NCBI GenBank assembly: GCA_044337135.1
Contig: JBIIOC010000001.1
Coordinates: 14,416 to 78,415 of the forward strand
Reading direction: 5' to 3'
Length of the DNA stretch: 64,000 bases
DNA from: Phycisphaerales bacterium
Lineage (GTDB): Bacteria; Planctomycetota; Phycisphaerae; Phycisphaerales; SM1A02
Program-made: the position numbers and the translations under genes
Notes under the pieces: model-generated
What the model was told of the DNA's origin: nothing
What the model saw: the letters and a program-made list of their open reading frames with translations, nothing else
The model's database searches: none
Part shown: positions 1-9,700 of the stretch, piece by piece
How positions within the stretch are numbered: the first letter of the stretch is position 1
Layout of the letters: every line of letters starts with the position of its first letter

Positions 1-68
1 ACGCGGCCCCAGCTTCGCGTGCGCCAGGCCTGCGTCTCCGCCACGCCTTCCATGCGGTGCATCATCAT
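1..68 (-). CDS. 5' end (22 codons) of the ORF downstream of the FtsL-like gene. By division-cluster synteny it may be a penicillin-binding transpeptidase, but function is not visible here
   Basis: Three in-frame ATGs lie at 60-68 on the minus strand. The first overlaps the upstream TGA (ATGA at 65-68). The ORF runs off the window edge. Confidence 0.3.
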   Translation of the reverse strand, partial: MMMHRMEGVAETQAWRTRSWGR

Positions 69-400
69 CCGCCGAACTCCACGGTGGGCCGATCGCGCTC
101 CTCGACCGGCTCCTGACGCGTGGCCAGACGCGGCTGCGTGGGTCGGTTCGGGGCATCCATGCGGTACGGGATCGGCTGCCAGTCAAGCTTGAGCGCGGCG
201 ATCGCCCGCCGCACGGAATCCGGCTTGACCGCGGTGGCGACCGCCGCCCGTCGGCGGCCGATGTCGCGCTCCTGCTCCTGCAGTCTCCAGTGTCCGCGCG
301 AGATCTCCGCCACCTGCTCGAACCGCTGGTGCCGAAGCGCCAACAACGCCGTGGCCATCAGGCCCAGCGCGAACACGATGGCGATGCTCTTGCCGAACAT
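65..400 (-). CDS. FtsL-like small bitopic division protein
   Basis: 111 aa with an N-terminal TM segment (IAIVFALGLMATALLAL) followed by a helical/charged region. It sits in the position downstream of rsmH that ftsL normally occupies. Confidence 0.55.
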   Translation of the reverse strand: MFGKSIAIVFALGLMATALLALRHQRFEQVAEISRGHWRLQEQERDIGRRRAAVATAVKPDSVRRAIAALKLDWQPIPYRMDAPNRPTQPRLATRQEPVEERDRPTVEFGG

Positions 401-412
401 GCTGTGCGGGAC

Positions 413-1207
413 TCAGCGATCGGAGCTCTTGGAGGCGACCGGCTTCTTGGTGGGCTTCTTCGCCGGCTGCTTCGGGGCGGGCTTGGAAGCCGGCTTGGCG
501 GGCGCCTTGGCCTTGGGTTCCGGCTGCGGCTTCACCTCGAGGGTCACTTCGCCACCGATGGGCGTGCGAGAGTCGATCGTCACGATGTCCGCGGCGGCCA
601 TCGCCGCCACCGGCACGGAGGATTCCTCGGCTGGTGCGCTGGCCGACTCGGTCTTGCGCGCGGCGCCGGGCTTCAGCACGTCGATGGGCGGGATCCGGAT
701 CGTGACACCCTTTCGGATGCGCGTGGGATCGGGAATGGCCTTGCGGTTGTACTTGGCGAGCGCGGTCGACAGCGAACCGTCGCCGTACTCGCGCTTGCAG
801 ATCGCGTAGAGCGTCTCGCCATCGGCGATCGGATGCATCTTCACGCCCGGTTCGCTCTCCTGCCTGGTGCTCGTGCGCCGAACCTCGGCCTGCGGCGTGG
901 TGCCAACGGGCGCGACGGTCGACGCGACCTGTGCCGGTGCGGGCATCGAGGAGATCGGCGTGACGGCGCTCGCCTGCTGGATGCCTGTGCCGCTCGGCTC
1001 GGGCTGCGGCTGCAGCGACACCGCGTTCGCGGCCGGCATGGGCGCGAGCGAGATCGAGCGCGTGGAGCGCTCACTCGCGGTGGAGGCGACCCCGAAGGCG
1101 ACGGATTCCTGACGATGTGCCGCGCTGAAGTGATCGCTCACCAGGATTCCCACGAAGAGCAGGAGTCCGAATCCGACCACCAGCGCCAACTTGTTCTCTC
1201 GTGTCAT
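413..1207 (-). CDS. Membrane-anchored LysM (peptidoglycan-binding) protein with a Lys/Pro/Ala-rich C-terminal tail
   Basis: TM segment LALVVGFGLLLFVGILV and LysM-like block HPIADGETLYAICKREYGDGSLSTALAKYNRKAIPDPTRIRKGVTIRIPP. Start set at ATG 1207 (AAGGA 7 nt upstream) because the listed start at 1282 would overlap rsmH. Confidence 0.75.
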   Translation of the reverse strand: MTRENKLALVVGFGLLLFVGILVSDHFSAAHRQESVAFGVASTASERSTRSISLAPMPAANAVSLQPQPEPSGTGIQQASAVTPISSMPAPAQVASTVAPVGTTPQAEVRRTSTRQESEPGVKMHPIADGETLYAICKREYGDGSLSTALAKYNRKAIPDPTRIRKGVTIRIPPIDVLKPGAARKTESASAPAEESSVPVAAMAAADIVTIDSRTPIGGEVTLEVKPQPEPKAKAPAKPASKPAPKQPAKKPTKKPVASKSSDR

Positions 1208-1262
1208 GTCGCATCCTTGCGTTGCGCACGAACGTGCTGCCGTCCGTGCATTCGTCCATCCA

Positions 1263-2222
1263 TCACCCCGCCGCGGAAGCATCCTCCTTCCGCGACTCGA
1301 CCCGTGCGGCCCTCAGCTTGGCCGAACGGGAACGGGGATTGTCTCGTTGCTCCGTCTCGCTCGCCACCAAGGGCTTGCGCGTGATCCGGGTGGCCCATCC
1401 TTGGCGTTCCCAGTCGGCGAAAGCCCTCTTGGTGGATCGGTCCTCGAGGCTGTGGAAGGACAGAATTGCCATGCGAGCTCCCTCGGCCAGCCACGCCTCG
1501 GACCCTGTCGCTGCCTGCTCGGCTGCCTTGCCAAGGTCCGAAAGGAAGTTATTGAGACTCTCCAACTCGCCGTTCACGGCGATTCGGAGCGCCATGAACG
1601 TTCGAGTCGCCGGGTGAACGCGGCTCTGCCTGGCGCGGGCTCCGTATGCCTTAACAACCGCCTGCGCAAGATCTTGTGTCGTCCGAAGCCCGCCCTCGTT
1701 CCGCCTCTCGATCACCGATCGAGCGATGCGTCGCGCGAAGGGGTCCTCGCCAAGGTCATAGATGAGGTCCGCCAGCTCAGACTCCCGCATGCGCGCGAGC
1801 AAGTCGGCAGCCGTGGGACCCTGCGAGCGATCGAGCCGCATGTCCAGCGGGCCCTCCGACTGGAACGCGAAGCCGCGCGTCGGGTCGTCCATCTGGGTAC
1901 TCGCGAAACCCAGGTCCGCCATCACGACGTTGGCCCGAAGCCCCCGCCCCCGCAGCACCGATCCGACCCGTTCGAAGTTCCCGTGCACAGGCAGCACGTT
2001 CGGTGCGCCCGGAAGCGCACGAACACGTTCCGCCGCGAACTCCAGGTTGCCGGCATCAAGGTCCATCAGCACCAGCGTGCCGCTCGGTCCGATCCGACGC
2101 GCAAGCAGCTCGGCATGGCCGCCACGCCCGGCGGTTCCGTCGAACGCCGTGTCACCAGGGGTCGGCGCGAGCGCCTCGAGCACCTCGGTCGCAAGCACCG
2201 GGAGATGGCCGATGGGATTCAT
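1263..2222 (-). CDS. rsmH: 16S rRNA (cytosine1402-N4)-methyltransferase RsmH
   Basis: HLPVL...DGTAGRGGHA...DLD...HGNF...ADLGFASTQMDDPTRGFAFQSEGPLDMRLD...SFHSLEDR motifs. Start at the internal ATG 2222 (MNPIGHLPVL). Confidence 0.9.
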   Translation of the reverse strand: MNPIGHLPVLATEVLEALAPTPGDTAFDGTAGRGGHAELLARRIGPSGTLVLMDLDAGNLEFAAERVRALPGAPNVLPVHGNFERVGSVLRGRGLRANVVMADLGFASTQMDDPTRGFAFQSEGPLDMRLDRSQGPTAADLLARMRESELADLIYDLGEDPFARRIARSVIERRNEGGLRTTQDLAQAVVKAYGARARQSRVHPATRTFMALRIAVNGELESLNNFLSDLGKAAEQAATGSEAWLAEGARMAILSFHSLEDRSTKRAFADWERQGWATRITRKPLVASETEQRDNPRSRSAKLRAARVESRKEDASAAG

Positions 2223-2230
2223 GCGTCGGC

Positions 2231-3526
2231 TCAGCGCGGATCGCGCGCCGGCGCGGGATCCACGGTCGGCGCGATCGGGGCCGCCTCGGCGGTGCGCTCC
2301 GCGGTCTTCGTCTGGATCTGCCAGCTGGCCTGCCGCGCCGCCTTGATCGCCATCGCGGAAATGAAGGCGAAGAAGGCGAAGGCCAGCGACATCACCGCAA
2401 GCACGCGCGTGCCCGTCAACTGGCGCGTGGCGGCCATCGCGACACCCAGGATCGCGAAACACGCCGTGATCGCGTACAGGGCGAACACCGCGCGCTTCAC
2501 CGTTCCAAGCGAGCGCTTGAGAAGATGGTGGATGTGGTTGCTGTCCGCGCTGTGGAAGGGCATTCCAGCCATCTTCCGGCGGATGATCGCGAGCACCGTG
2601 TCAAGGATCGGAAGCGAGAAGACCACGAGTCCCGCGACGACGAGTTCGGTCTGTCCATGCTCGCCGAAGCTCATGATGATCACCACGCACAGGTAGCCCA
2701 GCAGCAGGCTTCCGCAATCTCCCAGGAAGATGATCGCTGGATTGAAATTGAACGGCAAGAAGCCGAGCGTCGCTCCGAGCAAGGCGAGGGACAGCATCAC
2801 GCGCATGCCGACCAGGGACTTTTCCGGATCGGTCACGGGATCGGTCATCGCCATGATCAGGCTGATGCCCAGCAGGCCAATCGCCATGATGGCGGTGGTG
2901 CCGGAGAGAAGGCCGTCCAGTCCGTCGATCAGGTTCGCGGAATTGCAGCCGCCGACGACGAACAGCGCCACGAGCGCCGTGCCGACCCAGTAGAAGAGTT
3001 CCGAGTTCCGGATCACGAACGATCCGATGCTGAGCAGGGACATGTCGGGTGGGCCGAAGAACGGCGTGAGCGCTCCCTCGGCGAGCTTGGGGCCCACGTC
3101 CTCGATCGCCAGCGCCGCGGCCGCGACCAGCTGCCCCGCCACCTTCAGGCGCGGATCCCACTTCCAGATGTCGTCCGCCAGGCCGGTGGAGACGATGGCC
3201 ATCATCCCGATGATCACGGAGAACGGCACCACCCGCAGCAGGCCCGCTTCGCCACGGGTCAGGAAGGCGGCCGCGATGAGCGAGCCGATGACTCCGAAGA
3301 ACACCGCAAGGCCTCCCAGATACGCCACCGGATAGGCATGCAGCTTTCGCTGGCGATCGGGCATGTCGATGATGCCGGCATTCACCGCGACCTTTCGCAC
3401 GATCGGCGTCGCAAGAAGCGTCACCACGAACGCGGTCAGGAACACGGGCGCATAGCCGTTGAGCAACTCCAGCGGTCCGAAGATCACGCCCTCAGGCTGC
3501 GCGGCTGCGGCGATCGGTGCGCTCAT
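2231..3526 (-). CDS. Glycosyltransferase family 4 polyprenyl-phosphate sugar-1-phosphate transferase (WecA/TagO-like priming enzyme)
   Basis: Multi-TM protein with NSANLIDGLDGL and a NHIHHLL-type motif, which is WecA-like rather than the MraY HHHFE motif. Its ATG (3524-3526) overlaps the upstream TGA (ATGA). Confidence 0.85.
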   Translation of the reverse strand: MSAPIAAAAQPEGVIFGPLELLNGYAPVFLTAFVVTLLATPIVRKVAVNAGIIDMPDRQRKLHAYPVAYLGGLAVFFGVIGSLIAAAFLTRGEAGLLRVVPFSVIIGMMAIVSTGLADDIWKWDPRLKVAGQLVAAAALAIEDVGPKLAEGALTPFFGPPDMSLLSIGSFVIRNSELFYWVGTALVALFVVGGCNSANLIDGLDGLLSGTTAIMAIGLLGISLIMAMTDPVTDPEKSLVGMRVMLSLALLGATLGFLPFNFNPAIIFLGDCGSLLLGYLCVVIIMSFGEHGQTELVVAGLVVFSLPILDTVLAIIRRKMAGMPFHSADSNHIHHLLKRSLGTVKRAVFALYAITACFAILGVAMAATRQLTGTRVLAVMSLAFAFFAFISAMAIKAARQASWQIQTKTAERTAEAAPIAPTVDPAPARDPR

Positions 3527-4521
3527 GCTGCCTCTCCTTGCGCGGCGCCCGCCTGCATGGCCCGGGCCAGATCCGCGATCGTCTGATCCAGGCCGATGCG
3601 CGGCGCAAATGCGATGCAGCGCCGAATGCGGGTCAGGTCTGGCTGCCTTGCACGCAGATCCTCGAAACCAGGACCGTACGCCGTCTCGTACGGCAGATGC
3701 ACCAGCGCGGAACCGCTCTTCAACTGCCGGATGACCCGCTCGGCGAGGGCGCGGATCGTGATCGGCTCGTCGGAACCGACGTTGAAGACACCTCCGGCCG
3801 CCTGCGGACTGGCAAGCAGTGCATCCAGCGCCTGCACCACGTCCCGGACATCGGCGAAACAGCGGCTCTGGAGCCCGTCGCCGTGGATCTCGAGCGGCCG
3901 GCCGGCGATCGCCGCCTCGACAAAGCGAGGAAGGACCATGCCCCAACAGCCAAGCTGTCGCGGCCCGACGGTGTTGAAGATGCGCGCCACCACGACCGGC
4001 AGGCCGTGCTCGCGCCATGCGGCAAGTCCGAGCCACTCATCCAGCGCCTTGGCGCAGCCGTAGCTCCATCGAACCACGCCCGTCGGTCCGTACACCACGT
4101 CGTCGCCTTCCGCGAAGGGCAGCTTCGAGGCCTTGCCGTAGACCTCGCTGCTGCTCGCAAGCAGGATCGGTGCCCGGTATCGGCGGGCAATGCGGAGCGC
4201 GGCCGACGTCTCGACCACGTTCGTCTCGATGGACTGCACGGGCTGCTCCATGACCCGGCGAACGCCGACCGCTGCGGCCAGATGGAAGATGCGGCTCGGG
4301 GCCTCGGGCAGCTCCGATCGAGCGACATCGGAGACCGTGGCCCGGATGAAGCGCAGGCGGTCTCCGCCCACGGCCCTGGCCCCGCGCAGGTTCGCTTCGG
4401 ACCCCGTCGAAAGGTCGTCGACGACCACCACCCGCTCACCGCGTTCGATGAGCTGGTCGACGAGGTGGGAGCCGATGAAGCCGGCGCCGCCCGTCACAAG
4501 GATGGGGCCTGTCGTCGACAC
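3523..4521 (-). CDS. NAD-dependent sugar-nucleotide epimerase/dehydratase (extended SDR; UDP-glucuronate decarboxylase-like)
   Basis: ILVTGGAGFIGSHLVDQL Rossmann motif and YGCAK (YxxxK). GTG start at 4519-4521 lies 4 nt after the upstream stop. Confidence 0.85.
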   Translation of the reverse strand: MSTTGPILVTGGAGFIGSHLVDQLIERGERVVVVDDLSTGSEANLRGARAVGGDRLRFIRATVSDVARSELPEAPSRIFHLAAAVGVRRVMEQPVQSIETNVVETSAALRIARRYRAPILLASSSEVYGKASKLPFAEGDDVVYGPTGVVRWSYGCAKALDEWLGLAAWREHGLPVVVARIFNTVGPRQLGCWGMVLPRFVEAAIAGRPLEIHGDGLQSRCFADVRDVVQALDALLASPQAAGGVFNVGSDEPITIRALAERVIRQLKSGSALVHLPYETAYGPGFEDLRARQPDLTRIRRCIAFAPRIGLDQTIADLARAMQAGAAQGEAA

Positions 4522-4525
4522 GCGA

Positions 4526-6772
4526 TCACGCCGCCTTCGGCTTGCCCTTCCTCTTGACCTTCGCCGCCGCGGGATCCCTGTCCGAACCGCCAAAGGCGGT
4601 CGTGTGCTCGGCGTACTCGGCCATCGCCTCGGCGTTCTTGCGCAGGTAACCACCGGCGGTCATGTGCATGCGGTTCAGCACGGCACCCAGGAACTGGGCC
4701 CGACTGTCCATGATCTGACCCGCAAGCTTCATCACGAGCCCGCGCTGATCCTTCCAGGCGCATGCCACAACCATGGCGGCGTCGACCTTGTTCGCGAGCA
4801 CGAGCGCCTCGCCCGCCACGATGCTCGGCGGTCCATCCACGATGACGAGGTCGTAATGCTCCCGCGCCCACGCGATCACCTGATCGGTGCGGTCCGAATT
4901 CAGGCGCTCGAAGATGCGGTTCTCCGGCGCGCCCGCACCAAGGAACGACAGGTTCGGCGCGACCTCGACCACCAACTCCGCCGGATCCTGTCCCATCAGC
5001 GCCTCGCCCAGTCCAGGCTGGCCTTGCGGAACGTTCAGGGCGCGGGCCAACCCTGGCCGACGCATGTTGCCGCCGATCAGGAGCACGCGCCGGCCCACGG
5101 CCGCCTCGCAGGCGGCCAGGTTCAGGGCCACGGTCGTGGTGCCGGCTTCAGGCATGGCGCTGACCACAAGCAACGAGCGTGCCCCAAGCGCCTGCATGCC
5201 CTTGTAGACCTGCGAACTCAGCTGGCGGTAGTTCTCGGCGATGATGGAGCGCGGGGATTCGCGCACCACAAGCTCCGCTCGCTTCGGCTTGGCCGGATCA
5301 TCCTTCAACTCCGGAATCACCCCGAGCAGCTTGCCGGGGAGCGAACCGAGGTCGCTCGGATACTTCACGCGCTGATCCAGGAACTCGCGCACGAAGAGGA
5401 TCAGGACGTAGAGGCCCGTGACCAGCACGGCGGTCGCCGGAATCATCACCTTCAGCTGGGGGAAGGTGATCTCGCGGGCCTTGATCGCCTCCTGCACGAT
5501 CTCGATTCGGTTGCGCTCATCGCGGGCCAGGGCCAGGTTGATGTCCTGGATCGTCTTGCCGATCTCCTTGCGCTGTTCCTGAAGGATGTCGAGCTGATCC
5601 TCGAGCGACCGCATCTCGGCCATGTTGGCCGTGAAGTCCTCGACCTTGCCCGTCGCCTTGTCGAAGTCCTCGTTCTGCTGCTTCAGCAGCGAGGCCAGGG
5701 ACTCCTCCTTGTTGAAGGCATCCTTGTAGTCGGCGGCCAGGTTGCGGGCCAGGACCTCCTCGAGCTTCCGCTCGAAGGCCGCCCGGGCCGCATCGGTCTG
5801 TGCCCGGAGCTGCAGGTAGTCGGGGTGCGAAGCGCCGAACTGCTGCTTCACGGCGGCGAAGCGGCGGCCCAGGTCCTCGTTGTCTCGCTGCAGCTGCAGC
5901 AGGATCGGATCCTCCTGGGCGCGGCGGCGATCGTCGTCGCTGATGCCCTGCTCGTTGCGCTGCTTCTTCTCGATCTGCGCGCGCCGCGACTGGGAGATGT
6001 TCAGGTCCGCCGTGGTCTGCGCGATGTCGTTGCGCAGCTTCTCGAGCGTCTTCTGGTTCTCGCTGTTGGCCTCGGTCAAGCTGGTGAGGCGGTTCTTCTT
6101 GATGAAGTCCTGCACCTGCTGCTTCTTCTGCAGGATCGCGTCGTCGAGCTGCTGACGGCGGTTCTCGAACTGCTTCAGCGTGGTGGAATATCGCGAATCC
6201 TCGTCGTTCTGGCGCTTGGCGCGGAACGTCTTCGCGATCGAGTTCAGGATGATCGGGCCGTCCTCGGGAACGTGCGTCAGCATCGAGATGTAGAAGATCT
6301 GCGTGCCGCGCTGGTGGCCGGACCGAAGGTCATCCTCGAGATCCAGCAACGCGTCCTCGACGATGAACACGCCCTTGTCGTCGCGGTACGCCTCGCTCCA
6401 GACCGTCTTCTGCACCTCCGGGCGCTGCAGCGCCGACTTCAGGTTGTCCTTGCTGATCAGACGGGCCACCTCCGTCTGCGCCAGACGCACCACGGTGTCC
6501 TCGGTGGTGATGTCCTTCGCGGAAAGCGCGTTGGCGTCCTCGAGCTGGCTCTTGAGCTCGAAGAGCACCTTGGAGGACCACAGCGGGTAGACGATGGCGA
6601 ACACGTAGTTCAGGCCCACGCCCGCGACGGCTCCAACGACGAGCGACGCCACGACCTTCAGCAGGTTCTGCCGAAGCACGCGAATCGGATCCAGCATCGG
6701 ACCCGTTGGACGCGGCCGTTGCTGGTTCGGGGCAGGACGCGGAGTGGATGGTGGGGTGGCTGCGCGAGTCAT
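4526..6772 (-). CDS. Wzz/Wzc-type polysaccharide co-polymerase with a C-terminal BY-kinase-like P-loop domain (Walker motifs degenerate)
   Basis: N-terminal TM, long coiled-coil periplasmic region and second TM. It then carries LLVVSAMPEAGTTTVALNLAA, VLLIGGNMRRP and YDLVIVDGPP. Start set at ATG 6772 (GAGGA upstream), not 6838, which would overlap the TPR gene. Confidence 0.8.
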   Translation of the reverse strand: MTRAATPPSTPRPAPNQQRPRPTGPMLDPIRVLRQNLLKVVASLVVGAVAGVGLNYVFAIVYPLWSSKVLFELKSQLEDANALSAKDITTEDTVVRLAQTEVARLISKDNLKSALQRPEVQKTVWSEAYRDDKGVFIVEDALLDLEDDLRSGHQRGTQIFYISMLTHVPEDGPIILNSIAKTFRAKRQNDEDSRYSTTLKQFENRRQQLDDAILQKKQQVQDFIKKNRLTSLTEANSENQKTLEKLRNDIAQTTADLNISQSRRAQIEKKQRNEQGISDDDRRRAQEDPILLQLQRDNEDLGRRFAAVKQQFGASHPDYLQLRAQTDAARAAFERKLEEVLARNLAADYKDAFNKEESLASLLKQQNEDFDKATGKVEDFTANMAEMRSLEDQLDILQEQRKEIGKTIQDINLALARDERNRIEIVQEAIKAREITFPQLKVMIPATAVLVTGLYVLILFVREFLDQRVKYPSDLGSLPGKLLGVIPELKDDPAKPKRAELVVRESPRSIIAENYRQLSSQVYKGMQALGARSLLVVSAMPEAGTTTVALNLAACEAAVGRRVLLIGGNMRRPGLARALNVPQGQPGLGEALMGQDPAELVVEVAPNLSFLGAGAPENRIFERLNSDRTDQVIAWAREHYDLVIVDGPPSIVAGEALVLANKVDAAMVVACAWKDQRGLVMKLAGQIMDSRAQFLGAVLNRMHMTAGGYLRKNAEAMAEYAEHTTAFGGSDRDPAAAKVKRKGKPKAA

Positions 6773-6788
6773 GGGTGGAGGTCCTCGT

Positions 6789-9700
6789 TCACTGGAGAGA
6801 CTTGATGATGCGGTCGCGATCGGCGACCTGTTCGTCATTCAACTTGAAGATGCCCAGTCGCTCCAGCGTGGAGCGCGCCTCGTCCTTGCGCCCGGTGGCC
6901 ACGAGCGCCTCGGCCAGGTGCAGGAGCGGCGACGCCGTGGGTGACATGGTGACGGCGCGCTGCAGCGGGGCCAGGGACTCCTGGGCCTTTCCGGACTTCA
7001 GGAGCACGTACCCCAGCGTGTCCTGCAGGTCCGCAACCTGCGGCGCGATCTCGACGGCCTTCGTCGCCCACGCGATCGCCTTGTCCGGCGCGCTGCCGCA
7101 CTTGGCCGTCACGAAGGCGGCGTTGTTCAGCGCAGGGGCCGAATCCGGCACCAGCGCGATCGCCTTCTCGAAAAGCGGCAGTGAACGCTGGCAGTCGCCC
7201 ATGACGTAGGCGATCTCCCCGGCCTCGATGTACGCGGAGCTGGCCAGCTGCGGGTCATCCTTGGTGATCGCGGCGGCCTCCTCGAGGAACTTGATCGCGG
7301 GATCCGTGCCGTCCTTGCCATGCTGGCGCCAGACCGTGGAGAAACCCCGAAGATGATGGAAGTCCGGCGCCTTGCCCGCGAGGGCCGAGCGCGCGAACGC
7401 CTCGCCTTCCTGTGGTCGATCCGCGAAGGCCTGGGCGAGTGCCCGGTACCAGAGATCCCAGGTTCCCGGTGGATAGGTGCCCTTCGCGATGCCGTCGCGG
7501 ATGCTCGCATGCGCGTTGCGGAGCGCCTGCAGACCCGCGTCGCGCTGCTTCGAGTTCACGAGCGCCGCGCCAAGCGCGCACTGAAGCGCCGGGCTGGTGG
7601 AGACCACCTTCGGATTCGCGCGCAGCTGCGTGACCACGCCAGTCCAGTCCGCCTCCTTGCGCTGCACGCGGGAATTGACCGCCCGCATGAGCGTCTCCTC
7701 GGTCGGCTCCGTCGCGAATGCGCGGTCAAAGGCGGCGGTGGCCTCCTGCTCCTTGCCCTGCGACTGGTTGATGGTGGCGATGATCGTCGGCCACTCCGGA
7801 CTTCGTGGCTCGACCTGCGCCGCCTCTTCCGCCACCGAGATGGCGCGAATCTGGTTGCCCGACCGCATCAACAGCTCGATGAGCAACCGGCGTCCATCCT
7901 GGGACTGCGGCGCCGTACGCACGAACTGCTCGATCAGACCGATCGCGCCCGGAAGGTCGTTTCGATCCAGGAACACGTCCTTCTTGACGCGAATCGCCGG
8001 CAGGTAGGTGCTCAGCAGTCCGAGCGCCCGATCCGCCGCCTGCTCCGCCGCCTGCAGACGAGCTGGATCACGCGTTCGAAGGAACGCGTTGCGCTCGGCA
8101 TCGGCCAGGCCAGCCCAGGCCACGAAGTTGTTGGGGGCGATCTCCGTCGCCCGGCGATAGGTCGCGATCGACTTCTCCGCGGACTCCGCGGCCGCTGCAC
8201 CATCACCGGAAGCCATCGCGGCATCGGCGCGACCGCCAAGAATCGCCGCTCGAAGCATCGCGACCGTGCTGTTGGAATCCCCGAGCGTCTTCTCCGCAAG
8301 ATCGATGTAGCGGACGGCCGCCTCGTAGTCGCGCAGGTTCTGGCAGATCTCCGCCAGACGCAGCGCAAGATTCGCCTGCGCATCGCCCGTCAGGCCCTGG
8401 ACCACCGGCTCCAGCACATCCCGAGCGCGCTTCCATTGCTGGCGGTTGAACCAGAAGTCGGACACCTGGATCTCGGCGTTGCGAGTGGCCGGATCCTGCA
8501 ACTTGATCGCCTGGGCGAACGGCTCCGAGGCGCGCTCCGGCTGGCCATTCTCGGCCAGATAGGCGCCCAGCGAGAGCCAGAGTCGCAAGGCCGCGGCACC
8601 CTGGACCTTGGCGATGTCCGCCCGCAGGGACGCCTCGCCCTCCTTCACCTGCCCGAAGCGGGCCAACGCCCGCGCCTTCATGAGCGCCAGCATGGGATCG
8701 TCGGGCGTCTGCTTCTGGAGCAGGTCGACGATCTGCATGCCCAGGTCGACATTGGCCTGCGCGGCCTGCTGCAGTTCACGCGTGCGCGTCAGCGGCGTCA
8801 TGGCCTGCAGCTTCTCCTGCGTGAACTTGCGTCGGCCCTCGGCGTCCACCATGATCGTCGGATCGCCGGGGTTCTCCAGCAGCATCTGGGCGAGCGCCAT
8901 CGAATTGGCGCGGAAGCCCGGAGCGTCGTTGTAGAGCCGGCGGCGCATCGCGAAGGCGCCCGTGCGATCGCCGACCTGCGACTCGATGGATAGCCACGCG
9001 TCCATGGTGTCGCGGTTCGTCGGGTTCGCACGCGCCAGTTCGCGGAGGATCTCGAGCGCGCGAGTGCGCTGGCCACTTCGATCCAGCATCACCGCGTACA
9101 GACGCGCCGTGTTGATCTCGTTCGGGCGGCGGTCATAGGCCAGGCGGATCGCCTCGACGGCCTCCTCCAGGCGACCACCCCGCTCGAGCAGGATGCAGAT
9201 CTGCCGCAGCAGCATGGGCGACTCGTCGCCGGCCTTGCGGGCAGCCTCGAGCAACTGCAGCGCCTCGGTCTGCTTGTCCTGCGCAAGCAATGCCCGCGCA
9301 CGCAGCGTCGCGCCGATGCCGCGCTCGCCGATCTGGTCGGCGACCCCGGCGATCCGCTCGGTCGTCTGCCAATCCTTGCGCTGCATGGCGTCGAGCGACG
9401 AGCGTTCCAGCAAGGCCTCGCTGCGCGGATCCGCCTTCAGTGCCTCGTCAAGCGCCGTCGGCATCATGGCGCGCGCACGATCCAGGGCACCCTGGGCCGT
9501 CGCCTTGTCTGCATCCGCAAGGTCCGGCGTCTGCAGCGTCTCATCGAGCTGGCGGGTCAGATCGGAGAGGGCCAGATATCGATAGACCGACTGCACGCGC
9601 GGATCCGGGTACTGCAGTCGAACGCCCTCCAGCACACGTTCCAGCGGATCCTTCGACGAGAGCACGGCCTTGAACTGGAGCAGGCGCTCCTCGTTCGGCT

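Noticed and set aside
413-1207. PEP tripeptides (for example QPEP in the LysM protein, the Wza-like insert and the 60329..62008 protein) as PEP-CTERM sorting signals
   Set aside because: None is followed by a C-terminal TM helix plus basic tail. They sit in Pro-rich low-complexity linkers.
2231-3526. Calling the GT4 transferase next to rsmH as MraY because of the division-cluster context
   Set aside because: It has the WecA/TagO-type NHIHH motif rather than the MraY HHHFE motif. It is also upstream of rsmH, where MraY is never found.
4190-6805. 871-aa plus-strand ORF antisense to the Wzc-like gene
   Set aside because: It is rich in Arg, Leu, Gly, Ala and His, with no motifs. It mirrors a minus-strand ORF with clear family motifs and better third-position GC. 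This is a typical high-GC shadow ORF.
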